Source: an uncultured Methanoregulaceae archaeon
Lineage (GTDB): Archaea; Halobacteriota; Methanomicrobia; Methanomicrobiales; Methanospirillaceae
DNA length: 64,000 nucleotides
Reading direction: 5' to 3'
NCBI GenBank assembly: GCA_963701095.1
Contig: OY969564.1
Span: forward strand, 1,024,001-1,088,000
Of the stretch, positions 1 to 9,975 are shown in pieces. Made by a program: the position numbers and the translations under genes. The number at the start of each line of letters is the position of its first letter. The stretch's first letter is position 1. The notes below the pieces were generated by a model. The model was not told the origin of the DNA. It did no database searches and saw only the letters and a list, made by a program, of their open reading frames with translations.

Positions 1-596
1 TTTACAACCCCGGGGTGCAGGCAGTTAGCAGTAACCGTTGTCTGTTTGAGGTTTCGCGCAAGGGTATAGGTGAACGCCACGTCAGAAAATTTTGAGAGAG
101 AATAGGCTTCCCAGGGATCATACCGCTGTTCCTGTGGCATGTTGTCCCAGTCGATCCTGTCCACATCCTCATGGGCACTTGAAGCGACGGTGACGATGCG
201 GGCAGCGGGACTTTTCCGGAGCAGGGGAAGCACCAGGTGGGTGAGGAGAAAGGGACCGAGGTAATTCACGGCAAACGTCATCTCGATGCCAGCCTGTGTC
301 ACCTGACGGATTTTCTGATAGGTCCCTGCGTTATTAACGAGCACATCAAGATGGGAATAGCGAGCGATGAGATCCGAGGCCATTTCACGGATCTGGTCCT
401 CCCGGCTGTAGTCAGCAATAACGAGATCGGGGCGGCCGTACCCGGCTTTTTCCAGCTCCAGTTGCACATGTTTCCCTTTCTTTTCGTCTCTCCCATGAAG
501 GATCAGCTCAACTCCCGATGCAGCAAGTCCAAGTGCAGTGGCCTTACCTATCCCATCCGTGGAGCCCGTGACAAGCATGACAGGCGTTGATGCCAT
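1..596 (-). CDS. SDR-family NAD(P)-dependent oxidoreductase (3' end runs off the window)
   Basis: Manual translation from ATG at 596 gives MASTPVMLVTGSTDGIGKATALGLAASGVELILHGR, with the TGxxxGIG Rossmann motif; LINNAG follows downstream. Confidence 0.85.
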   Translation of the reverse strand, partial: MASTPVMLVTGSTDGIGKATALGLAASGVELILHGRDEKKGKHVQLELEKAGYGRPDLVIADYSREDQIREMASDLIARYSHLDVLVNNAGTYQKIRQVTQAGIEMTFAVNYLGPFLLTHLVLPLLRKSPAARIVTVASSAHEDVDRIDWDNMPQEQRYDPWEAYSLSKFSDVAFTYTLARNLKQTTVTANCLHPGVV

Positions 597-724
597 AAGG
601 GTGCTTACCGGGCGGGAAAAGAAGAATGTATCGATGCGGCAAAGTTGTCGATCCTCTTTATGTAGCCATCAATTACGGAAATACCATTATCAGGTATGCA
701 TTTCGAGTGCGAATTTACCGAAAT

Positions 725-878
725 GTGACCTTGTCACGTAACGATGATCAAAAATCACTCGGGCTCAAACTGATACACTTCCTTTCCTGCCACTGAGCTT
801 CGAACAGATATTGAGCTTCGGCGGGATAAAGGAACTGAGTTTATTTTCCGTCTGAAAAATATCGAGAATATCGCATGA
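725..878 (+). pseudogene. Remnant C-terminus of a sensor histidine kinase ATPase domain
   Basis: Reads DQKSLGLKLIHFLSCH, then after a frame break ELRTDIELRRDKGTEFIFRL*. Resembles the SLGL..I/GTEF end of HATPase_c; no upstream kinase body. Confidence 0.5.
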
Positions 879-923
879 CCTTAAAAAATCTGGAAAAGGT
901 GTATTACCAAATCATTGAAACGA

Positions 924-3752
924 TCAGATACGTATAATCGCATTCTCCTGTTTTTTTCGCATAAGCGCCTGGAACATCCGTATCTTCTCCTCGTCAATGC
1001 CGATCATTTCAGAGAGTTTACGGGCATCGGCGGCGAGCAGACTTTCGGCATTGATTACTCCGGCCGCGAAGAATTTGTCTGCGATTGTACTGGTCATACC
1101 TTTGATCGAAAGTAATTCTTTTCGCCCTTTTTCCACTCGTTTTTTTGGTATGACTACCGGGATGGGCCGGTGCAGGTATTCGCAGACAAGAACCACGTGC
1201 CGGTTGACTGTACCAACACTCATACCGGTCTTTTTACTCAGGTTTTCGGGACTGTTTGAAACAAAATCCTCGGGATTTGAGATCCCTGCTGCGATGTATT
1301 TTTTCAGGCTTATTGCGGGAATACCGATTTCTTTTAAGATCTGGCTGTTATAGGTGACTTTTGCCTCGGTGACAAGATTAACGGCTTCACTCTCACCTAT
1401 GCCGGCCTGCTGGAGGGTAGCGGGACTGGCTTTTGCCAGACCTGCCAGATCGCTAACGCCGTTCTCTTTTAAAGAACTCATGATTTTTGCGTAGCTCCGC
1501 CCTTTTCTGGGGATGAGATGGTTTCTCATAAACTTGCGGCATTCAGATCGCCGGCGCAGGTTTTCAAGAACCTCACCTGCCTCGCGCTTGAGTTTTTCCA
1601 CTGCTGCCGGTTCAAGGCCAAAAACCTTTGCAAGAGATTCGGGATCGCTCCGGGCGATCTCGGCTACTGTATAGATGTGATGTGCCCGGGCTTTTTCGAG
1701 GAGAGTCTCATCCATCGACGGTATTTCGATAAGGGATTCTACATTTGAACTGATATGATGGCAGAGGGGACAACCGATATCCCAGGGGCGGGCGCCTTTG
1801 CGCACGAGCCGCACAAAATGAAGGTGGTGTTTGTCACAGACTTCGTCGGTCCGTACTGCCCAACCCCATTGGGTGACCGGAAGACCGATATTGAACGTGC
1901 ATTCCGGGTACCGGGAACAGCCGATGAACTGGGTGGATCCCCGCATATGTTTGATCGCCAAGGTACCGCCGCAGGCCGGGCATTGGCCGAGATTAAGTTC
2001 CTCGGCAGTACGGTCCCGGATGTCATCGCCTATTACCTTCTCGTTTGCCTCGAGCTGATCAAATGCGGCATGAAGCATGCTCCGCGATTCTTTAATGACG
2101 TCATCACGGGTGCGGGTATTCTCCTTAATCTGCTGCATATGCGATTCGATCGTCTGGGTCATATCAGGTTTAGTGATCGCGTCAGCATTATGCTCGAGCG
2201 CTTCGGTTACGACACGACCAACAAGGGTCGGCCGCAACGGGTTTCCCTCGACGTATTTGCGGGAGACAAGTTTTGCGATTACTTCGTGCCGGGTGCTTTT
2301 TGTACCAAGCCCGAGTTCTTCCATTCTCTGGATAAGTTTACTCTGCGTATACCGGGCCGGGGGCATGGTCTCTTTTTCATCGAGACTGACTTTCCGGATA
2401 GGTAGTTTCTCGCCGGTTACAAACGCCGGGAGGATTGTCTCTTTTGCCTCTGAAAACGGGTAGACGGCATGCCATCCCGGCTCAATAAGGCGGCCGCCGG
2501 TCGTTGTGTAGATTTCTCCCCCGGCATCAAAATTCACTTTCATGGTCTGCCAGAGTGCATCAGGAGCAAGCGTAGCAAGGAAACGGCGGAGTACAAGTTC
2601 GTAAATCCGGAACGCATCGTCACCAATCCCTTCCCGGGTGGCAACCCCGGTAGGATAGATTGGCGGGTGGTCAGTGGTCGATTTTTTGCCCCGGGTCGGC
2701 TCTGGACGCCGGTGAGAAAGGATCCATTCAACCTCTTTTTTGAACGGTGAATTTCTGATCGTGGCAAGCACTTCGTTGAGGTTCAAGGAGGGCGGATAAA
2801 CCGTATTGTCTGTCCTCGGATACGAGATATACCCGTTCATATACAGGTCTTCAGCAATCCGCATCGCGTTTGCCGCAGAAAAACCAAGCCGGGCTGCCGC
2901 AACGATATAAGTCGTCGTGTCAAACGGTGAAGGAGACCGGTCCTGCTTTGTTCCTTCCCTGACTTCAGTCACGACAAGAGGTTCCTTCGTCCGGTCGCGG
3001 GCAAGCTCTGCAGATTTCTGCTCCCTGAACCTGCCATTGGTATGCCTGGCTTCGATCTGTTCTCCGGCTTTTTCAGTGAGGAGACCCAGCTGCCAGTATT
3101 TTTCCGGGACAAATTTTTCAATCTCTTTTTCCCGGTCGACAATCATCGAAAGTGTAGGGCTTTGCACCCGGCCGACAGAAAGAATATTGTTACCGCCACG
3201 TCGTGCTGCAAGGGAGATGAACCGGGTCAGTGATGCTCCCCACATGAGATCGATAGACTGCCGCGCCTCTCCCGCCTCAGCGAGCGCGAAATCGAGGTCG
3301 GTTGTATTTGCAAACGCATGCCGTATTTCCTGCGGTGTTATGGCGGAAAACCGGGCCCGGTCAATCTTCACATTTTTGTTGACGGCACGGACGAGCTCGT
3401 ATGCTTCTTTTCCGATCAATTCACCTTCTGTATCAAAATCGGTCGCTATGGTGACCAGGTCGGCATGACGCGCCAGTTTCTGGAGAAGAGATACAATCCT
3501 CTTCTCAGTCGGTACCTTGATGGTTTTTGCGTCGATAAGGCTTCTCGGAGTATATTTCTCGCTCCGCCAGTTCTCGTACCCAGGTTCGAAATCAACTTCG
3601 ACTACATGGCCGCGAAGGCCGACCGTTGTCGTATCGTCAAAACTATACGTCGATACCCCGGCGTCCTTTTTCTCGACAACTTTGTGGCTTCCGGCAAGGA
3701 TCTGTGCAATCCGGTGAGCCGAGATATTCTTTTCTGCAACGATCAGGTGCAC
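924..3752 (-). CDS. topA: DNA topoisomerase I (type IA) with Zn ribbons and a long C-terminal HhH-like repeat extension
   Basis: TOPRIM IVAEK and ATDFDTEGE, SVGRVQSPTL, catalytic ISYPRTD, CxxC ribbons. Confidence 0.95.
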   Translation of the reverse strand: MHLIVAEKNISAHRIAQILAGSHKVVEKKDAGVSTYSFDDTTTVGLRGHVVEVDFEPGYENWRSEKYTPRSLIDAKTIKVPTEKRIVSLLQKLARHADLVTIATDFDTEGELIGKEAYELVRAVNKNVKIDRARFSAITPQEIRHAFANTTDLDFALAEAGEARQSIDLMWGASLTRFISLAARRGGNNILSVGRVQSPTLSMIVDREKEIEKFVPEKYWQLGLLTEKAGEQIEARHTNGRFREQKSAELARDRTKEPLVVTEVREGTKQDRSPSPFDTTTYIVAAARLGFSAANAMRIAEDLYMNGYISYPRTDNTVYPPSLNLNEVLATIRNSPFKKEVEWILSHRRPEPTRGKKSTTDHPPIYPTGVATREGIGDDAFRIYELVLRRFLATLAPDALWQTMKVNFDAGGEIYTTTGGRLIEPGWHAVYPFSEAKETILPAFVTGEKLPIRKVSLDEKETMPPARYTQSKLIQRMEELGLGTKSTRHEVIAKLVSRKYVEGNPLRPTLVGRVVTEALEHNADAITKPDMTQTIESHMQQIKENTRTRDDVIKESRSMLHAAFDQLEANEKVIGDDIRDRTAEELNLGQCPACGGTLAIKHMRGSTQFIGCSRYPECTFNIGLPVTQWGWAVRTDEVCDKHHLHFVRLVRKGARPWDIGCPLCHHISSNVESLIEIPSMDETLLEKARAHHIYTVAEIARSDPESLAKVFGLEPAAVEKLKREAGEVLENLRRRSECRKFMRNHLIPRKGRSYAKIMSSLKENGVSDLAGLAKASPATLQQAGIGESEAVNLVTEAKVTYNSQILKEIGIPAISLKKYIAAGISNPEDFVSNSPENLSKKTGMSVGTVNRHVVLVCEYLHRPIPVVIPKKRVEKGRKELLSIKGMTSTIADKFFAAGVINAESLLAADARKLSEMIGIDEEKIRMFQALMRKKQENAIIRI

Positions 3753-3758
3753 GTCAGA

Positions 3759-5206
3759 TCACTGCTCCGCACGTTTCAGAGCTGCAACCATAAGCTGGTT
3801 GAGCTCGCCAGGATCGGCACAGCCCCGTGTTTTTTTCATGGTCTGGCCGACAAGGAAATTCAGGGCCCCGTTCTTCCCTGCCTTGTAGTCCTCGACAGCC
3901 TTTGGGTTTTCTGCAATTACCTGCCGGATGGCAGCAAGCAAGACTCCGTCGTCTCCGGCAGTTTTTGCCAGGTTCAGGCGTTTGACAATTGCATCCGGTG
4001 TCTCAACGATATCTCCTTTGAGGTGCTCGTCAAGCATGACCCGGAGGATCTCAATCCCGCTTTTGTCCGTTATGGTTCCGTTTCTGAGAAGAACGAGCAG
4101 TCCTGCAAACCGCGTGGGATCTACGGTATCGATCCCCATGTCCCGGTAATTGAGTTCACCGGCAAGGGTATCGGCTATCCAGGTAGCTGCAAGCGTGCAC
4201 AGACAGTTCTGGTCACCGGCAACGACGGTTTCAAAGAAGTTTGCCACTTTAAGTTCGCCGGTGAGCGTCCGCGCATGGTTCAGCGAACACGAGTACTGGG
4301 TTACAAAACGTTCGCGTCGTGCGTCGGGGAGTTCAGGGAGCGCAATATCTTTTACCCAGGACTGGACATGAAGCGGCCGGAGATCCGGCTCCGGGAAATA
4401 CCGGTAATCGTTCTCCATTTCTTTCGATCTGGCCGACTGGGTGATACCTCTGGTCTCGATATAGTGCCGGGTCTCGCGTTCGACGGTAAGGCCACGCCTG
4501 ATCAGGTTTTTCTGCCGGGTGACCTCGAACGTAAGCGCTTTTTCCACGCCTTTGTAGGATGATATGTTCTTTATCTCGACACGCTGGCTGCCCCGGAGCG
4601 AGATATTTGCATCAACACGGAGTGAACCTTCTTTTTCTGAATCAAAAACGCCCAGATATTCAAGGGTTGCCCGCAGCTTGTTTAAAAATTTCCGTGCCTC
4701 TTTTGGCGATTGCATATCAGGTTCCGAGACTATTTCGATAAGCGGAATACCTGCACGGTTGTAATCGACCAGGGAGTACCGGCCGCGTTCGGCGTTTCCC
4801 ATATGGACAAGCCGGCCGGGTCTTCCTCGACATGGATCCGGGTGAGCTGGATCTTTCGTTCCTTACCATCATCGCCTTCAATTTCAATATAGCCACCCTC
4901 GGCAAGGGGCTTATCGTACTGCGTTATCTGGTATGCCTTGTCCAGATCGGGGTAGAAGTAGTTTTTCCTGGCAAATTCTGATTCCGGGATAACGGTGCAG
5001 TTGAGTGCTTTTGCCACTTTCATTGCATATTCAATGGCACGCTTGTTTATTGCCGGCATTGTTCCGGGAAGCCCCAGGCAGATCGGGCAGACATGGGTGT
5101 TGGGGCCGTCATCCCGGTAATCGGTGGAACAGCCGCAGAAGAGCTTGCTTTTCGTGTCAAGCTGGCAGTGGACTTCGAGACCGACAATAATCTCTGCATC
5201 GATCAT
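3759..5206 (-). CDS. gatB: Asp-tRNA(Asn)/Glu-tRNA(Gln) amidotransferase subunit B (1-nt frameshift near 4815)
   Basis: GLEVHCQL and RKNYFYPDL in ORF 4730..5206; DYNRAGIPLIEIVSEP and YRYFPEPDL in ORF 3759..4802. Confidence 0.93.
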
Positions 5207-6507
5207 GATTTCACCGCCTGTTCGTACGCATAGGCAACGTCCACGACCCGCTCATCCTCAAAGGGCCTGCCCATAACCTGGAGACCAACGGGCATACCCT
5301 TTACCTTCCCGCAGGGTACCGAGATAGCCGGAATACCCGCAAGGTTTACCGGGACGGTCAGGATATCGGAAAGGTACATGGAAAGGGGATCGCTTTTCTC
5401 GCCCAGTTTAAACGCTATGGTGGGCATGGTCGGACCGCAGAGCACATCGACATTCGTGAAAAGCCGGGCAAAATCCTTCCTGACATTCTCCCGGGCGATC
5501 TGTGCCTTCGCGTAATATTTCCCGTAATATCCCGACGAAAGTGCAAAGGTCCCGAGCATTATCCGGCGCCTGACTTCAGGGCCGAACCCCTGTTGTCGGA
5601 TTTCCTGGTACGCCGCGTGCCACGATTTTTTTGTGTCGGCTGCCGGGCCATACCGCACACCATCGAACCGTGCAAGGTTGGAACTGGCTTCACTGGTACA
5701 GATCACATAGTATGCGGCAAGCGCATATTCCATTGAAGGAATGCTGCAGGGTACTGTAACAGCGCCAAGTTCTTCGAGCCGGCCGATCGCCCGTTGCACG
5801 ACAGATGCAACATCCGGGTCAACACCTTCGCCGAAATATTCTTTGGGGATACCAATTCTCAGACCCTGTATCTCAGCTTTCGGGGTATGGCTGTACGACC
5901 GGTCGTACGAGGTAGCGTCTTTTTTGTCATGCCCTGCAATTACCGACATCAGGAGCGAGACATCGGTCACATTTTTTGCCATGGGTCCGATGGTTTCGAG
6001 CGAGTTTGCATAAGCAATCAGACCATACCGGGAAACTCTTCCGTAGGTAGGTTTCAGCCCGACAATCCCGCAAAATGCTGCTGGACATCGGATCGAACCC
6101 CCGGTATCGGTACCAAGAGCCATGCGCACCATGCCCGCTGCCACCGCCGCTGCACTTCCTCCTGATGAACCCCCCGGCACCCTGTTTACGTCAGCAGGAT
6201 TGAGCGTCGGACCAAACGCCGAATTTTCGGTACTTGTTCCCATACCGAATTCATCCATATTGGTCTTACCGGCGATTGCTGCACCGGCGTTTTTTATCAG
6301 GCTGACCGCGTGTGCATCATAGGGCGGGATATATCCTTTAAGAATCTTCGAGGCGCAGGTAGTTTCGATACCTTTTGTCGATATATTGTCTTTGACGGCA
6401 ATGCCGATCCCTGCCAGTTTTCCTTTGCCATGGTCTGCTTTTGCGCACACATGCAAAAATGCATTGTACCGGTCTTCAAACGCGAAGCAAATCGTATTTC
6501 CGGCCAC
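5203..6507 (-). CDS. gatA: Amidotransferase subunit A
   Basis: Amidase signature GGSSGGSAAAVA, GTDTGGSIRCPA, GPEVRRRIMLG. Confidence 0.95.
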   Translation of the reverse strand: MAGNTICFAFEDRYNAFLHVCAKADHGKGKLAGIGIAVKDNISTKGIETTCASKILKGYIPPYDAHAVSLIKNAGAAIAGKTNMDEFGMGTSTENSAFGPTLNPADVNRVPGGSSGGSAAAVAAGMVRMALGTDTGGSIRCPAAFCGIVGLKPTYGRVSRYGLIAYANSLETIGPMAKNVTDVSLLMSVIAGHDKKDATSYDRSYSHTPKAEIQGLRIGIPKEYFGEGVDPDVASVVQRAIGRLEELGAVTVPCSIPSMEYALAAYYVICTSEASSNLARFDGVRYGPAADTKKSWHAAYQEIRQQGFGPEVRRRIMLGTFALSSGYYGKYYAKAQIARENVRKDFARLFTNVDVLCGPTMPTIAFKLGEKSDPLSMYLSDILTVPVNLAGIPAISVPCGKVKGMPVGLQVMGRPFEDERVVDVAYAYEQAVKS

Positions 6508-6776
6508 TACATCACCCGGGGAGCCTTGATATATCCATCCTCTTTTGCACCGGCATTTCGTATCGCTTCTTCCTGGGAGAGTGATGGTTCTATCATGTCT
6601 TCCCGGAAAACATTCGACAGATCGCGTATGACCGTCTTGTCACCCTGCACTCGGTCAAGTACATCAAAATAGTCTACAATCGCATTAAACTGGCCAGTAA
6701 AAGTGGCAAGTTCATGCGTATCGATGCCAATATCAGCAAGTTCCCCGATATGCTCCACGTCTTTTTCAGTGACCAT
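6507..6776 (-). CDS. gatC: Amidotransferase subunit C
   Basis: 89 aa, NVFRED...YIKAPRVM, translationally coupled to gatA. Confidence 0.9.
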   Translation of the reverse strand: MVTEKDVEHIGELADIGIDTHELATFTGQFNAIVDYFDVLDRVQGDKTVIRDLSNVFREDMIEPSLSQEEAIRNAGAKEDGYIKAPRVM

Positions 6777-7770
6777 GTTTCACCTGTCCGATGTGGTCTA
6801 TGTAATCTTGCACGGACGTTTTATAACCATTTTTACGGGCAAGTTTTTTTAGTACTCCCCAGACTCCGCTCCCGTATTGCATGGCTTTTTTCTTGTATCC
6901 GGCCAATTCTGGCGGGATATAATGCTCGGCAACCGCACGCAGCGGGATTTTCCGCTGGCCGTCACACACCTTTTCATGGGCCGGGATCGCACATGCAGCG
7001 CGCATAACCCGGATGTCCAGGTACGGCATGGACAGATAGGTACCATGAAGCGCAGCGACTGCCTGATCGCGTGCTGCCTGCTGCTCCAGACCAGCAACGT
7101 CCCGCGCGAGATCTTCTTCGAGGGTGGGTGTTGTCAGATACCGGGAATAGCCGCCGAAGAGCTCGTCTGCCCCCTGGCCGGCAAGGATACGCTGGTACCC
7201 GTGTTCTCCTGCCCATTGTGCGACAAAATACAGGGTAACGGCAATACTGGTGTTCACCGGGTCTTTTCTGGGGATCGCGGCAATTACAGCCGGGAGTGCG
7301 GATTCGATATCATCAGGTGTTATTACTACTTCGGTGCAGGTAAGACCGAGCATGTCTGCCGCCTGCCGTGCCCTCGCAAGGTCATGCGAACCTGAAAGGC
7401 CGACCGACACGCAATCCCGTCCTGCTAATGCGGCGACAAGACTTGAATCCACACCTCCGGATAATGCGGTTATGCCTTCGTCGCTCCTGAGTTTGATAGC
7501 CGTCACAATTGCTTCTTCAAGCGAAGAGGGCGCCGGGTCCGGTTCGATGGAAAACCGGACCTTTTCGTTGCAGATCAGCACACCCCTGGGACCGGGACCG
7601 GGGATAATACCAAAATGGTCACGTGCAGAGCACCCGTTAAAAGAGAACGCAAACTCGCCACCAAAAGTGCGAATCTGTTCCGGGTCCCCTCTGACAATCT
7701 TCTCAACCTCTGCCATGGAAAGCCGGATACCGCCCTGTTCTACCCAGCCTGTACATTCAAAGGAAGCCAT
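6766..7770 (-). CDS. Asparagine synthase-related protein (synthase domain, reduced glutaminase domain)
   Basis: PP-loop SGGVDSS, GQGADELFGGY, KKAMQYGSG, ARDHFGIIP. Confidence 0.85.
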   Translation of the reverse strand: MASFECTGWVEQGGIRLSMAEVEKIVRGDPEQIRTFGGEFAFSFNGCSARDHFGIIPGPGPRGVLICNEKVRFSIEPDPAPSSLEEAIVTAIKLRSDEGITALSGGVDSSLVAALAGRDCVSVGLSGSHDLARARQAADMLGLTCTEVVITPDDIESALPAVIAAIPRKDPVNTSIAVTLYFVAQWAGEHGYQRILAGQGADELFGGYSRYLTTPTLEEDLARDVAGLEQQAARDQAVAALHGTYLSMPYLDIRVMRAACAIPAHEKVCDGQRKIPLRAVAEHYIPPELAGYKKKAMQYGSGVWGVLKKLARKNGYKTSVQDYIDHIGQVKHGH

Positions 7771-7881
7771 CTACTCGCCGGATACAGTATGGAAACGGCA
7801 ATGCATATAATGCGTGGTAAACGCATCTTACCCGCTGAGGTCACGATTCTTTTTAATGTACTGACGAAAATACTATAGGGC

Positions 7882-7964
7882 GCGAGGGTACGAAAGTGGC
7901 CAACTCGGCTGGACTTAAGATCCAGTTCCGCAGGGATTCATGGGTTCGACTCCCATCCCTCGCA
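7882..7964 (+). tRNA. tRNA-Leu (UAA)
   Basis: Acceptor GCGAGGG/CCCTCGC+A, anticodon arm CTGGA-CT[TAA]GA-TCCAG, long variable arm, T arm ATGGG-TTCGACT-CCCAT. Confidence 0.9.
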
Positions 7965-8193
7965 TAGGTATTTGATTCTTGTATAAACTTCTTATTTTTA
8001 GAGAAGAGTTTGTTTAAGGTCGTTATTTTCTCAATCGATAACGTATTGTCGTTTTTAAACAAAAAGAGAAGAGGCCGCGAGGCAGGCCGCGCAAAGGTGT
8101 GGAGAGAAAACCTGCAAATGCACCTAAACGCAAAATGCGGAAGACCGAAAAAGGTGTAATTATTGAATCTGAAAAATGAGATTGTAAAACGGT

Positions 8194-8613
8194 ATGATTG
8201 AAAAAAATTTTCCTTTTATTAAGAGGAGTCTGCGTTGGACTCTCTGGATACTATGGATAATTTTTGGTTTATTAAATATTCTTGATATCATTACGACTTT
8301 TATTGGAGGGCGGATGGGAGGGTATGAACATTCCCCCATCTTATCTCCTTATCTTGGAAATCCGATTTTCCTTATTGGAATCAAAATTGGCTATTTTATC
8401 CTTCCTTTGGTTTGTATCGAATTTGTGATTTTTGTACTCAACAAGATCCCATTTAACAAAAGCTACACAAATTTTGAAAAATTGATTTACTATGCTTTTT
8501 ACTGTATTGTTTATGCGACGTGTATCGTATTTTTAATTTTGTTCATTCTGTTTTATTTGATCGTTCAGGATAACAATATCCAGTTTATCCTGTTTCATCA
8601 TTCTTTTTTATGA
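8194..8613 (+). CDS. Small multi-pass membrane protein (DUF5658-like), AT-rich
   Basis: Three hydrophobic segments; LDIITT..G...G.E.SP motif. Confidence 0.6.
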   Translation: MIEKNFPFIKRSLRWTLWILWIIFGLLNILDIITTFIGGRMGGYEHSPILSPYLGNPIFLIGIKIGYFILPLVCIEFVIFVLNKIPFNKSYTNFEKLIYYAFYCIVYATCIVFLILFILFYLIVQDNNIQFILFHHSFL

Positions 8614-8744
8614 TTTGAATTCGGGGGAATTAAAAAATGTCCGGATGCTATTTTTATTAATAGCGGCTCGTTGCCGCTTGAAGGTTTAAAAATTACCGCA
8701 TGTGATGGTGAACGTATCCGGAGAGATTGAAATGAGGTCCAATT

Positions 8745-8987
8745 TTATTTTCCATCCCCGTTAGACTCAGACCCTAGAATAGTCACCACACGTCCCACGC
8801 GGCCGTCCCGGAGTCTGACCTTGATACCATGGGGATGTACCGACGAGTTGGTCAGGATTTCCTTAACGATACCCCGCGTCACTTTTCCGGACCGCTGGTC
8901 TTCTTTGAGAATGATATCGACAATACAGCCCGGGGAAATATCGTTACGGCATTTGCCACTGGATCGAATATTTACGTTTTTATCCAT
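8745..8987 (-). CDS. YwbE-family (DUF2196) protein
   Basis: VDIILKEDQRSGKVTRGIVKEILTNSSVHPHGIKVRLRDGRVGRV. Confidence 0.85.
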   Translation of the reverse strand: MDKNVNIRSSGKCRNDISPGCIVDIILKEDQRSGKVTRGIVKEILTNSSVHPHGIKVRLRDGRVGRVVTILGSESNGDGK

Positions 8988-9050
8988 AGGTATCAAAAAC
9001 ACTCCTTACGAGACGAGATTCCCGCACATTTTACGCAGTACCGAAAAAAA

Positions 9051-9794
9051 TTATGAGGGAAAAGACATATCCTGAGATCCTATCCCGGATTCAAGCCAGC
9101 CAGGAGTGGTAATCCATCCATGACTTGAACCATGCATCATCGGAACGCTGATCTGGTTCTGGTATGCATTTGAAGCAGGGGCAAAGATCGTCCATGTATT
9201 TGTCCCGGTTATACTCTCGTCGATACTCACGGTTACAGAAGGTGCAGACGAATATTCAGCATACATTTCAGTAAGATACTTATAACATACCGGTCCCCTC
9301 CCGGAAGCTACGCTCTCGCCAGAACATGCAGTAGTATGTATCCCGTTAACAGGGCGGAATACTGCTGCATTCTGGACCGGAGAACGCGTATCAATGTGTT
9401 CAGGTGACGATACGTTCACCGAAAACGTGATAGTAGCAGGTTGAGTGATCCCGTTGATAGCCGGCCCGCCAATACTTTTGGCAGAAACTTTGAGAAGCGT
9501 CGTTTTCCCGGTATCATACAGCGTCAGGTTCATGTTATCAGGAACCCCGGTAACGTCCCGGCTACTGATCTGTGCCACCACCGGAGAGTTCCCCTTCGGG
9601 TCTGCAGGGACCGGCAGGAACAAGGTAACATTTGTCAGGACCCCGTTGGTAGCAATAGTGCAGGTATAGAGGTAATTCCCGGAGAGCGAGCTCCGGTAGA
9701 TTGAACCAATGTAGCCAAAATAGCATGTATACGCTACAAACGCTACAAAGAGGACAATAAAGAGCCCCAGCACGATTTTAATGATCTTATCCAT
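9051..9794 (-). CDS. Hypothetical membrane-anchored exported protein
   Basis: N-terminal TM helix then S/T-rich ectodomain; GGAG RBS before ATG 9794. Confidence 0.7.
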   Translation of the reverse strand: MDKIIKIVLGLFIVLFVAFVAYTCYFGYIGSIYRSSLSGNYLYTCTIATNGVLTNVTLFLPVPADPKGNSPVVAQISSRDVTGVPDNMNLTLYDTGKTTLLKVSAKSIGGPAINGITQPATITFSVNVSSPEHIDTRSPVQNAAVFRPVNGIHTTACSGESVASGRGPVCYKYLTEMYAEYSSAPSVTVSIDESITGTNTWTIFAPASNAYQNQISVPMMHGSSHGWITTPGWLESGIGSQDMSFPS

Positions 9795-9975
9795 AATCTC
9801 CACCATCGCACCGGATACCATTCTGGAAAGCCATAGTATGGCTGTTCCCATTGCTCCGGCACACAAGCATACTATTCCGAACCCAGATAAAAAATCATTG
9901 TATCTGGAAGCTGCGATCCCGATCTTTTCAATAAAAAACAGCACGTCTATATGATCCGGTGCCGATCATATCTGC

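Noticed and set aside
3318..4562. 414-aa plus-strand ORF
   Set aside because: Antisense shadow of topA/gatB with no recognisable motifs.
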